64,000 bases of DNA from Chloroflexota bacterium (GTDB lineage Bacteria > Chloroflexota > Anaerolineae > Promineifilales > Promineifilaceae). Numbering within the stretch: the first letter of the stretch is position 1; every line of letters begins with the position of its first letter. The position numbers and the translations under genes are program-made. Where the stretch lies: assembly GCA_013112725.1 (NCBI GenBank), contig JABFFZ010000004.1, forward strand, positions 24,147 through 88,146, read 5' to 3'. Below the pieces are notes generated by a model. The model saw only the letters and a list, made by a program, of their open reading frames with translations. It was not told where the DNA came from and did no database searches. Below, piece after piece: positions 16,455 to 24,903 of this stretch.

Positions 16455-18918
16455 TTACGGCCACCCAGTCTAGCGAAAAGTCCCGCATCGTTGAACTGGC
16501 AACGTTTACGATCCGGACGCGAAAATTCGCAGAAGAAAAGCTGCCGGGAATCCAGATGGTACCCCACTTATCGGTAGGCCCGCCCAAAATGTAGCTCTGT
16601 TCTGTGGTGACCAAAAAAATCGTTTCTTTAGGCGCTGTCCAGGTTGAGCCGCCATCCCGTGACAACAGGACGCACATATAAGGCGTGCCAGAAGTATTAT
16701 CTACTTTCGCGTCCAGCCTGACCTCAATACCAGTGATGGTGGCCCCGCTTGGAATAGAGAAGCCGCTAAAATTGTAATACCGGTGGCGATCTTTTGTCGT
16801 ATCTACACAGGAAGCGACTGTGGAGGTACCACTGTCATTATCAATGGCATATCCACCTATACCACCTCCATCGGCATAGGCCCCCGTAGGATTGACATCA
16901 AAGCCATTACCATCGCCGGTATTCTCAGCAAAATTGGCCGAGGGGCTTTTGAATCCGGTATTGGTCGGCGTGGTATACCAGATTTGCAGTTTGGCGGCCT
17001 TAACGATCCCTTCCCGCTCAATTGCAAACACCCGGCGATGGTTATTTGGTGGAATCCCTGGCTGCGGCTGAACAATAATTGTCAGCGCATTACCACTCTG
17101 CCAGGCCGACTGATTCACAATTTCCTGGATAATGTTTTTCAGATTAGGACTGTATCTTTTTTGATGCACAACCCAATTATCTGTGGCCGGGACATTCCAT
17201 AGCACGGTCGCTTGAGTCAAAGGGCGATTGTCTGGTCGGATGTTGTTATCAAAGGTACTGGTGTTAGCCGACAACTCCCCTCGAAACTGAATATTAACAG
17301 TTTGAGAATAGGGGCCATCTACGGTGAATTCAATTTGTGCTTTAGTGATGACTGCTCCAGGTGGAATTGCTACGTTTGTAAATCTGAAACCACTAACAAC
17401 ATTTGCTCCATCAGGGCAGTGACCCAGATACACTTCGTTCCATGCAGTGCCATAGCGGCTCTCTGTGGTGGAACAGGGAGTAGGATTAACACCAGGGTGA
17501 AGAGCAGCGTTATAGCCAGCATCATCGCTGTTTTGAGTGACGGGGATGGTCATTTGGGGCGTTGGGCTTGGCGTGACAGTGGCCGTGGAAGTTGGGGTAG
17601 GAGTGACGGCTGGGCCGCCAACACGCGCAAACTGGACGGCGTCGGCCGCAATCAAATGAGAGGAATCATCGGCAATGGTTATATTACGCATCAGGATATA
17701 TTCACTACCGGATCCACCCATATTAAAGAAATGCCGCCCAATATAGACCCAATGATCGGGATGATCACTGTTAGGATAAGCGGCCTGCACCACAATAGCG
17801 GTGTGGGTTTGTCCGTTGTGGTAAATTTGGTATTCTGCGCTCAGTGTACTCGGATAAAGAGTGCCCGGAATATGAACGTAAACATCATAATAACCGGGAG
17901 TTGTATAGCCATTTGGCGTAATTTGCCATTTTGCATAACACGCGCTGCCAAAACCACCACCAATAGTATCTGTCGTGATGGTGTAATCGAAACTGCCATT
18001 GATACCGCCGTCATTACTTTCCGCCATGCAGCCGCTGGGGAGGGTGCTGTATTCACTGTCGCTGTCATCAATGAGGCGTATAGCTACCGGTGCGGCCGGT
18101 TCAATGATGGTAGGGCCATCGGGATATTGGGCCGGGTTAGCCACCCTGGCGGGATACTGAAGCCAGAGATCGTAACTGGTTGCCCCCGCAGGCGTGGGTG
18201 TTCCAGGTGTTGGAGTAGGTGTACCAGGCATGGTAGTTACAGTCGGTTGCATGTAAACAGCCCATGGATCTGGAAAAGTGCCAATCCAGCCGTAAGGATT
18301 GACCGGTTTGCCGTTAATACGAACCTCAATATGCAAATGAGCGCCGCATAAAGGGTTTTCGTAAACCGGGGGACAATCTCCAAGAACACTGCCCGTATTG
18401 CCGCTTATGCCGATGATACCCTTACGTCTTGCCGGGTCTACGTCAACCGCATCGCCCGTTTTAACTGTTAAAACGCTCAGATGGCCATACCATACACGGT
18501 AATTGGAATTAGCATCATGAATGATCTGGGCATGTAGGCCATATAATTTGCGGTGGTCGCTTGGTACGGACCAACCTGCTAGAGCAGCTGTACCATTAGC
18601 AGCAGCTAATACGGGTTCGTATTTTAGGTTATAATCAACTCCCAAGTGTTGGTCATAGCCATAATATCCAGAATCATCATTGCTTTCAGAGCCATCGTAG
18701 TGTATGGTTGAGTCGAAAAAATCTTCGCCAAATAACGGATATCTGTGATCAAATACTTTCAATATTATTTTTTCACCATAATAAATCGGTCCTAGAAATG
18801 GCGCTGGTGGTTGGTATGCCTGGACACTGTTTTTATTTGTCACCAAAATTACGCTAACCATCACAATAATGCAGGCTAGACAGTTTGAGATGGTAATAAT
18901 CATTTGATTCTTGCTCAT
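16435..18918 (-). CDS. Secreted multidomain M23 (LytM-type) metallopeptidase with golvesin-like and two further beta-rich domains
   Basis: 827 aa with an N-terminal TM/signal. M23 motifs are HLGVDY and GNTG...HLHIEV. PT linkers follow. The next domain carries AKWQITP..GYYDVYVHIP...AEYQIYHNG...WVYIGRHFF...AADAVQFA, resembling the golvesin C-terminal-like carbohydrate-binding module. The two C-terminal domains have no assignable family. The gene is much lower in GC than its flanks. Confidence 0.8.
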   Translation of the reverse strand: MSKNQMIITISNCLACIIVMVSVILVTNKNSVQAYQPPAPFLGPIYYGEKIILKVFDHRYPLFGEDFFDSTIHYDGSESNDDSGYYGYDQHLGVDYNLKYEPVLAAANGTAALAGWSVPSDHRKLYGLHAQIIHDANSNYRVWYGHLSVLTVKTGDAVDVDPARRKGIIGISGNTGSVLGDCPPVYENPLCGAHLHIEVRINGKPVNPYGWIGTFPDPWAVYMQPTVTTMPGTPTPTPGTPTPAGATSYDLWLQYPARVANPAQYPDGPTIIEPAAPVAIRLIDDSDSEYSTLPSGCMAESNDGGINGSFDYTITTDTIGGGFGSACYAKWQITPNGYTTPGYYDVYVHIPGTLYPSTLSAEYQIYHNGQTHTAIVVQAAYPNSDHPDHWVYIGRHFFNMGGSGSEYILMRNITIADDSSHLIAADAVQFARVGGPAVTPTPTSTATVTPSPTPQMTIPVTQNSDDAGYNAALHPGVNPTPCSTTESRYGTAWNEVYLGHCPDGANVVSGFRFTNVAIPPGAVITKAQIEFTVDGPYSQTVNIQFRGELSANTSTFDNNIRPDNRPLTQATVLWNVPATDNWVVHQKRYSPNLKNIIQEIVNQSAWQSGNALTIIVQPQPGIPPNNHRRVFAIEREGIVKAAKLQIWYTTPTNTGFKSPSANFAENTGDGNGFDVNPTGAYADGGGIGGYAIDNDSGTSTVASCVDTTKDRHRYYNFSGFSIPSGATITGIEVRLDAKVDNTSGTPYMCVLLSRDGGSTWTAPKETIFLVTTEQSYILGGPTDKWGTIWIPGSFSSANFRVRIVNVASSTMRDFSLDWVAVNVYYIP

Positions 18919-18981
18919 ATATCACCTCCATATAATATAGATTAGGTAAGGCTGAAACTGTTATACCTTCCAGAAGGCTGA

Positions 18982-20433
18982 CTATTCAGATAACCAGGTA
19001 AAATATTCGAGCGACCCTGGTTTTTCACTTGTGTCTACAACTAGGTGAGGTAGGCCATCATTTCTGTTGATAATATAAAGCCCGGACTGATCAGTTTGCC
19101 CGGCATGAAAGAGAAGCCATTGCCCATCTGGCGACCAATGAACTTTAGCGGGTATCATTCCAAAAACTAATTCTTGACGGTTTCCAGTGACGGGATCAAG
19201 AATGAAGATTCCTTGCCTATCTTCTTCCACAAAGCCAGCAGCAATGTTAGCCCCATCTGGAGACCAGGCAGGCTCGCCCACATAATAAGCACTGGTTAAT
19301 TCCTGAGTTGTTTCTGTTTCACTATCCCATAAGGATAGCCTGGAGCTTTGAGTAAAGGCGAGCCAACGGCCGTCTGGCGACCAGGATGGATAATAAATCG
19401 AAGTGGGTTCGGTGGATAACTTAGAAACTTCAAGGTCGTTAACATTGACCGCAAAAAGACCGTGGCCAAAATCATGGGTAAAGGCTAACCATTCGCTATT
19501 GGGAGACCATTTGAGAGTTAGGAAGCTATCCCCAGGCACTTCAGTCACAGTGATTGTTTTGCCCTGAGTTATATCAAAGAAAGCGAGGTGTTTTTGCCCT
19601 GGCATCCACCTTGAATCGCCTAATCCCATCCCTGACGTTATTATCATCGCCAGTAACTGCCCGTTCGGCGATCCAATAGGTTGGCTAATCGTATTAAATG
19701 GAACGTTTTCTACAGGCTCAGTAGGATTACTTGTTAAGAAACCAACCTGTAAATCTGTCAGATTAGTTAAGGCTATGTTTGTGAATTGTGAATAGGTAAA
19801 TGATTCACTATCAGGCAACCAACTTAGGCCATAAGGGTTTTCCTGATTTTCTACTCTCTTCAAAGAACCATCAGCGAATGAATAAACGTGAAGCCGATAT
19901 ACGCCATTGACATGTTTTTCTGAATCTTCCAGAAGAAGAAGAACTATTTGAGTCTCGTCTGGAGAAGGATAAGCTGGTGGATAGGCTCGCAACTCTGTTA
20001 AGATCGGCATTATTTGCCATTCTTCGGGTGTGGAACCAGGTTGTGCTAACAGCAGGCTAACGGTTGGTTCTAATGTATAGGGGCCAGGAGCCTCCTCCGG
20101 TGGGGGCGGTGGGTTCTCATTCCAGAGAAAAAGAATGTTTCCCTGGGTAAATGGTTCAAAAGCAGTTTCTGGTATTTGCGTGGACGGTGGTTCAACATCA
20201 GGAACATCCGTAGTTAAAATTGGCGTCTGGCTGGGTTCCAGAGTAGCAGAAGCAGCGGTGAAGGTGGTTGGCAAAGGCATTTCCGTGGCTGGGGTTGGTG
20301 AGGGCGCAGGCGTTTCTGCCGGAGAGGTAGTTACGGCGCGAGTGGTCGTTACCGGCACGGCCGTTTGCGATGGTACGCAACCCAACAAGGTTATCATCAG
20401 CCCTATAATGAAAAAAAGAGGAATATATTTCAT
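18982..20433 (-). CDS. Lipoprotein with TolB-like (PD40/WD40-like) beta-propeller
   Basis: Lipobox LLGCVPSQ and a PT-rich linker. WSPDG/WSPNS blades recur (WSPNSEWLAF, WSPDGRWLAF, WSPDGANIAA, WSPDGQWLLF). Confidence 0.75.
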   Translation of the reverse strand: MKYIPLFFIIGLMITLLGCVPSQTAVPVTTTRAVTTSPAETPAPSPTPATEMPLPTTFTAASATLEPSQTPILTTDVPDVEPPSTQIPETAFEPFTQGNILFLWNENPPPPPEEAPGPYTLEPTVSLLLAQPGSTPEEWQIMPILTELRAYPPAYPSPDETQIVLLLLEDSEKHVNGVYRLHVYSFADGSLKRVENQENPYGLSWLPDSESFTYSQFTNIALTNLTDLQVGFLTSNPTEPVENVPFNTISQPIGSPNGQLLAMIITSGMGLGDSRWMPGQKHLAFFDITQGKTITVTEVPGDSFLTLKWSPNSEWLAFTHDFGHGLFAVNVNDLEVSKLSTEPTSIYYPSWSPDGRWLAFTQSSRLSLWDSETETTQELTSAYYVGEPAWSPDGANIAAGFVEEDRQGIFILDPVTGNRQELVFGMIPAKVHWSPDGQWLLFHAGQTDQSGLYIINRNDGLPHLVVDTSEKPGSLEYFTWLSE

Positions 20434-21884
20434 GGTTTATCTCCTATTTTCGGGCCTACGGCATTGGATAGCCAGGTAATATATTTAGGGATGTGCAATT
20501 TACCGCTCGTGTCCAGAATCAAATAAGGCATACCCTCCTCAATACTCATCACATATAAACCCGATTTATCACTTTGAACCAATGGAAATAAGAGCCATTG
20601 CCCATCAGGAGACCAGATGACCGAATTGGTGAATATCTCCAGGGGGAAATCTTGTCTTTGCCCGCTACCAGGATCAATGACCATGATCCCATTTTGTTCG
20701 CCTTGAATAAAACCGGCTGCAATGCGAGAGCCATCAGGCGACCAGGACGGTTCGCTCATATAGTCACTGTTAGTCAGTTCATTCGCTAGATGAGTTTCGC
20801 TATCCCAGAGAAAAAGGGTATTTTGCTGACTAAAAGCTAAATGTTTACTATCTGGCGCCCAGGCAGGAAAATAATAGTGTGGTGTTGATTCTGTGGCTAA
20901 ATCCGTGATTTGAAGTGTATGGGCATTTACCACGAAAAGCCCCTGGTTAAAGTCCGGCGTAAACGCCAGCCATTGGCTGTTGGGTGACCATTTGAGAGTC
21001 AGGTGGTCTCTGCCCAATCCATCTGTAACCTGAAAGGTTTCTCCACTGTCCATTTTAAAAATCGCCAGTCCGTCAGGGTAAACGTTTAATGCCTGGAAAC
21101 GGCCGTCTGGTGAACTTACCAGTTGCCCAATCTGCCCCTCAAACCAATCAGACGAGGAGTCGGAGTTATTTGTTATTAGCTGTGGAGATGTTTCATCCAG
21201 TCTGGCAACAAAAATGTCTTTTTCTTGAGGAAACACGATAGATTGGCTGTCTGGCAACCAGCTTAAAGTGTCCAGGTATTCGGCATTATCAACCTGTAAA
21301 AGTGATTTATCCAAAAGATTATAAACTTGAATTTTATAAAAATCGCATAAGCACCCGCGAGATGCTCCTGGTTCATAATTCAGGAAAGCCAGTTTTGTTT
21401 GATCAGGGGAAAGATAAGCCGGAGCAAGCGCCCGGAGATTTGTTAATAGAGGTTGTACTTCCCAATCCTCCGGCATAGACCCGGGTTGGGCCAGATAGAG
21501 GTTGACAGTAGGCTCAAATTCCATAGATCCACCCTCAGGCGCTTCATCCGGTGAAGGCGTCGGGGCTTCATTCCAAAGAATGAGAATACTTCCCGGAGTA
21601 AATGGTTCAAGAGTAGGGTCTGGTAATGGCGTAGAGGTTGGGTCAGCGGCAGATGTGGCCGTAGGGGACACTGGCGTTTGACTGGGTTTCAGGGTAACCG
21701 AAACAGCGGTGAAAGTAGGCGGTAGGGGTGTTTCCGTGGCCGGAGCAGGTGAGGGCGTGGATGTCTCTGCCGGAGAGGTAACAACGGCGCGAGTTGTCGT
21801 CACTTGAACAGCCGTTTGCTCTGGTGTGCAGCCCAACAAAGCCAAAATAAACCCCACAGCGAGACAGAGTAACATCGTCTTCAT
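20430..21884 (-). CDS. Lipoprotein with TolB-like beta-propeller (paralog of 18982-20433)
   Basis: Lipobox LLGCTPEQ. The linker is nearly colinear with the paralog (AVQVTTTRAVVTSPAETSTPSPAPATETPLPPTF versus AVPVTTTRAVTTSPAETPAPSPTPATEMPLPTTF) and the WSPDG blades match. There is a 4-nt ATGA overlap with the downstream gene. Confidence 0.75.
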   Translation of the reverse strand: MKTMLLCLAVGFILALLGCTPEQTAVQVTTTRAVVTSPAETSTPSPAPATETPLPPTFTAVSVTLKPSQTPVSPTATSAADPTSTPLPDPTLEPFTPGSILILWNEAPTPSPDEAPEGGSMEFEPTVNLYLAQPGSMPEDWEVQPLLTNLRALAPAYLSPDQTKLAFLNYEPGASRGCLCDFYKIQVYNLLDKSLLQVDNAEYLDTLSWLPDSQSIVFPQEKDIFVARLDETSPQLITNNSDSSSDWFEGQIGQLVSSPDGRFQALNVYPDGLAIFKMDSGETFQVTDGLGRDHLTLKWSPNSQWLAFTPDFNQGLFVVNAHTLQITDLATESTPHYYFPAWAPDSKHLAFSQQNTLFLWDSETHLANELTNSDYMSEPSWSPDGSRIAAGFIQGEQNGIMVIDPGSGQRQDFPLEIFTNSVIWSPDGQWLLFPLVQSDKSGLYVMSIEEGMPYLILDTSGKLHIPKYITWLSNAVGPKIGDKP

Positions 21885-21900
21885 TTGGGTTTCTCCTGAA

Positions 21901-22818
21901 TTAAGGGTTAGATTCGGGTAAGGTTATCCAGGCTGGATGGCGGGCGATGCCGGTTTCGGTCAGGCGAATGGGTGATTGTCCTGGCTCCACCAGCCAAATG
22001 GCGTCGCCGGCCGTAAAGGCCAGTTGGCTGCCGTCTGGCTGCCAGACTGGATCATAAACAAGGGTCTCAGTAAAAGTGGTGAGCGCGGCTATTTCATGGC
22101 TGGCGGCGTCAACCTGATAAAGATTGCTGTGCAGGGCGTTTGTCAGATAATCTGCCTGTAAAGAAAGTGGATTTTCCCGCTGCACATAGCCTATGCTTTT
22201 GCCATCCGGCGACCAGACAGGTGGATACCCACGTCCAGCATCCACTTCAGCCAGCAAAACATCTTTCTCGTCACTCCCGGCGTCTAGCCATAATTCGCCA
22301 ATGGTGTAGGGAATATTGTTGTCGGCCAGCAGTACATAAGCCAGTTGATCCCCATTTGGAGACCAACTCGGAAAGGCCACAACCTGGTCAGTGAATTGCT
22401 TTTGTACCATCAGGCTGTTCTCGGCCAGGTCTAAACTGCCCATTTCGCTGCCGAAGCCCAATCCTTGACTAGCAGCATAGATAATCTGTTTGCCATCCAG
22501 CGTAAAGGTAGCGTTGTAAGTGCCAAAAGGCAGCTTTTCCAGCACAACCTGGGTGGCGCCATCGGCGGTAATGAGGATGATCTGGTTGGTATCAATGTGG
22601 CGGAAGAGGAACCAGTTTCCATCCGGCGACCAGTTCAAAAAGTAGCCCCTATCCAGAGCCAGGATGGGCGCAGTCAGATTTCTGAGATCCCAAAGCAAGA
22701 TGAAGGCGTTGGCGTGGCAGTTAAATTCCAGAATGAGGTGGATGCTGTTGGGCGAGGGAAAGAGGTGGTCAATGTCACAATCGGACGAAACGGGGTAACT
22801 GAACAAGATAAAGCACAT
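21901..22818 (-). CDS. TolB-like beta-propeller protein lacking signal peptide and linker (shorter third paralog, possibly 5'-truncated)
   Basis: 305 aa with WSPDG/WSPNG blades (WSPDGNWFLF, WSPNGDQLAY, WSPDGKSIGY, WQPDGSQLAF). There is no lipobox or hydrophobic N-terminus, and no leader-encoding sequence upstream in any frame. Confidence 0.6.
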   Translation of the reverse strand: MCFILFSYPVSSDCDIDHLFPSPNSIHLILEFNCHANAFILLWDLRNLTAPILALDRGYFLNWSPDGNWFLFRHIDTNQIILITADGATQVVLEKLPFGTYNATFTLDGKQIIYAASQGLGFGSEMGSLDLAENSLMVQKQFTDQVVAFPSWSPNGDQLAYVLLADNNIPYTIGELWLDAGSDEKDVLLAEVDAGRGYPPVWSPDGKSIGYVQRENPLSLQADYLTNALHSNLYQVDAASHEIAALTTFTETLVYDPVWQPDGSQLAFTAGDAIWLVEPGQSPIRLTETGIARHPAWITLPESNP

Positions 22819-22936
22819 GAATAATTTTTTGGATAGGCAATGGCGTTTACTTCAAGAAAACCTGGCAAGATTATGGGTCAAACTTTCAAGAGTGTCAACC
22901 TGGGTTTTATGGGGAAAGCAGTGTGTCTTTTGCCGA

Positions 22937-24202
22937 TCATTTCCCTCTCAGCCGGGCCAGCCGGTGTTCCAATTCCGGGCGTACCAGGGCGGCCTGGGTC
23001 GGCGACCAGCTTTGCGCCAGCCGGATGGCCTGCTCTGTCCAGTAGATGGCCTGGGTGGGGTCTTTCTCATGCCATTCGTAATACTTCGCCAGTTCAATGT
23101 GCGCGGACACGTCGTCAAAGCTGGTGGCGGCGATTTGCTGCCAGAGGGGGACAGCTTCAGCCTGACGGCCGTGCCGCTTCAACAACCACCCCAACTCAAA
23201 CAGATTTTGGTGATACAGGTCGAGCGGCAACTCCCCCTGCGCCGCCCACCGCAGGCATTGTTCGGCCACGTCCGTTTGCCCCAGGCTGGCCTGCCAGCGC
23301 CCCAGGCTGAAGAGGTCTACGGCGTCATCATTGGCCTGCGGCTGGCTGAACTGCTGCGCCACCCGCGCCGCCAGCGTGACCATGGAGAGCAGGTCAATCT
23401 GGTTGTGGTAAAAGACGCGCACCAGTTCACGGCCGTCGCCGGTGCGCAAATAGTCGTGGTACAGGCCGGGGATGAGCCAGCCGGGTACATCGTCCTGAGT
23501 GCGGCGCACCCCCAGGAGGGGTGGCTCCAGCGCGCTCAACGCCACGGAGCCAAGCCGGGCGCGCCAGAGGCGGCGAGCCGGCGGCAGCAAATCCAGGTGG
23601 GGCATTTGTGGCAGGGGGCTGAGCTGCCGGTTCATCAGGTGGCGGGTGTCCAGCAGGGGGATATCAAAGGTACGGCCGTTGAAGGTGATCAGCCCCGCTT
23701 TGCCCACCAGCAGGTCATCGAGCAGGGTGAGCATGGCTGCTTCGTCGCCCAAGTCGGGCACGAAGTATTGGCGCGTCACCAGGGCGTCCCTTTCAAAGTA
23801 GGCCACGCCGACCATGAAGGCGATGGTAGAGGCCCCGGCCAATCCGGTGGTTTCGGTGTCCAGAAAGAGGAAGTCGCGGAAATCTAATTCCTGGAAACGG
23901 CCGTCGCGCGTGAGCGGCGTCAGGCTGGCGGGCTGATGGTGCAGCAGGTCGGCCAGGGCGTGACGGCCGTGCCGGTACGGCAGCGGGTACACTTTGTCTA
24001 CGATGAGGGTCTGGCCTACGGCCGTGTCCACCATTTCCGCGCCGGGCAGCAGGGTGATGAGGGGTTGGGCGGCGGTGTGGGGGGACGGCCGTAGCGATTC
24101 CCGCAGCGTCGGGTCAACGGGCGGCGCCGGTTTTAGCTGCCGCGCCCCTTTGACCACGCCCAACTGCCGCAGCCTGTTCTGGAACTCTTGTTCGTCTGCC
24201 AT
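22937..24202 (-). CDS. YprB-like RNase H-fold (predicted 3'-5' exonuclease) protein with C-terminal TPR-like helical domain
   Basis: FLFLDTETTGL (Exo I-like DxE), ITFNGRTFDIPLL and YHNQIDLLS are the three acidic motifs of the COG3359/YprB family. The C-terminal about 130 aa are helical-repeat-like. Confidence 0.7.
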   Translation of the reverse strand: MADEQEFQNRLRQLGVVKGARQLKPAPPVDPTLRESLRPSPHTAAQPLITLLPGAEMVDTAVGQTLIVDKVYPLPYRHGRHALADLLHHQPASLTPLTRDGRFQELDFRDFLFLDTETTGLAGASTIAFMVGVAYFERDALVTRQYFVPDLGDEAAMLTLLDDLLVGKAGLITFNGRTFDIPLLDTRHLMNRQLSPLPQMPHLDLLPPARRLWRARLGSVALSALEPPLLGVRRTQDDVPGWLIPGLYHDYLRTGDGRELVRVFYHNQIDLLSMVTLAARVAQQFSQPQANDDAVDLFSLGRWQASLGQTDVAEQCLRWAAQGELPLDLYHQNLFELGWLLKRHGRQAEAVPLWQQIAATSFDDVSAHIELAKYYEWHEKDPTQAIYWTEQAIRLAQSWSPTQAALVRPELEHRLARLRGK

Positions 24203-24252
24203 ACGCCGATTTTCCCAAAGAAATGGACTTTGGCAAAAACAGATGAGTCCGA

Positions 24253-24837
24253 TTACGGTTCACGGTCAGCCTGAGTCAATTCTTGTGGCGTGTTGATGTT
24301 GGCGAAGGAACGGCCGTGCCAGTCAAACCGTTCTATCTCCTCGCGCTCCACAAAACGGACGGCGACACGGCCGTAGAAGCTGGTGATTTTCAACTGCTGT
24401 GCTTGCAGCTTTTCGGCGATGGGGTCGAGGCAATTTTTGCTGTAAATGGCGTGCAGAGGTTCGGGGTATTTTTGCCAGCGGGGCACAATCACATCGGCCG
24501 TATGGCGCAGGGTGAGCATGTAGGCCAGCAAATCCCGGTTCAGCCAGGGCATATCACAGGCAACGATGAGGGTGTGGGGATGTTGGGCGTGATGGACGGC
24601 CGTGTAAATCCCCCCCAGCGGCCCATGGTCCGGGTACACGTCGCCAAACATCGGCAGCCCTAAATGGGCGTAGGCCTCCGGTTTGTTGGTAATCAATATC
24701 AGTTCCTCCCCCAGACCGGCAACGGCATCACGCACGATTTCAATCAAGGGACGGCCGTTAAACAGCACAAATGACTTATCTACCCCCATCCGGCTGCTCT
24801 TCCCCCCGGCTTGAATGGCTACGGTTATCTTGCTCAT
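24253..24837 (-). CDS. mobA: Molybdenum cofactor guanylyltransferase
   Basis: N-terminal AIQAGGKSSRMGVDKSFV motif and the ACDMP motif typical of MobA. Confidence 0.85.
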   Translation of the reverse strand: MSKITVAIQAGGKSSRMGVDKSFVLFNGRPLIEIVRDAVAGLGEELILITNKPEAYAHLGLPMFGDVYPDHGPLGGIYTAVHHAQHPHTLIVACDMPWLNRDLLAYMLTLRHTADVIVPRWQKYPEPLHAIYSKNCLDPIAEKLQAQQLKITSFYGRVAVRFVEREEIERFDWHGRSFANINTPQELTQADREP

Positions 24838-24851
24838 AATACTTAGGGGCT

Positions 24852-24897
24852 GGGGGGAGGCTTTAGCCGAAACCGTTTCGGCTAAAGCCTCCCCCCC
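24852..24897. repeat. Near-perfect ~21-bp hairpin (GGGGGGAGGCTTTAGCCGAAAC / GTTTCGGCTAAAGCCTCCCCCC)
   Basis: Read directly between the hemW stop and the mobA start. It shares the AGGCTTTAGCCGA core with the hairpin at 41956-42003. Confidence 0.85.
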
Positions 24898-24903
24898 GGC
24901 TTA

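Noticed and set aside
17212-18351. 379-aa plus-strand ORF
   Set aside because: It is antisense to the M23 peptidase gene. The M23 frame carries HLGVDY/HLHIEV and a signal peptide, while this frame has no motifs.
16435-22936. Calling the low-GC island a mobile element, prophage or ICE
   Set aside because: I could find no integrase, transposase, tRNA target, direct-repeat attachment sites or phage genes. Only the compositional anomaly is supported, so it is reported as an island and not annotated as a mobile_element.
22817-23887. 356-aa plus-strand ORF
   Set aside because: It lies entirely antisense to the YprB-like gene (22937-24202), which has clear exonuclease motifs. The translation is low-complexity and rich in Arg, Gln, Gly and Pro, as expected for a shadow ORF in high-GC DNA.
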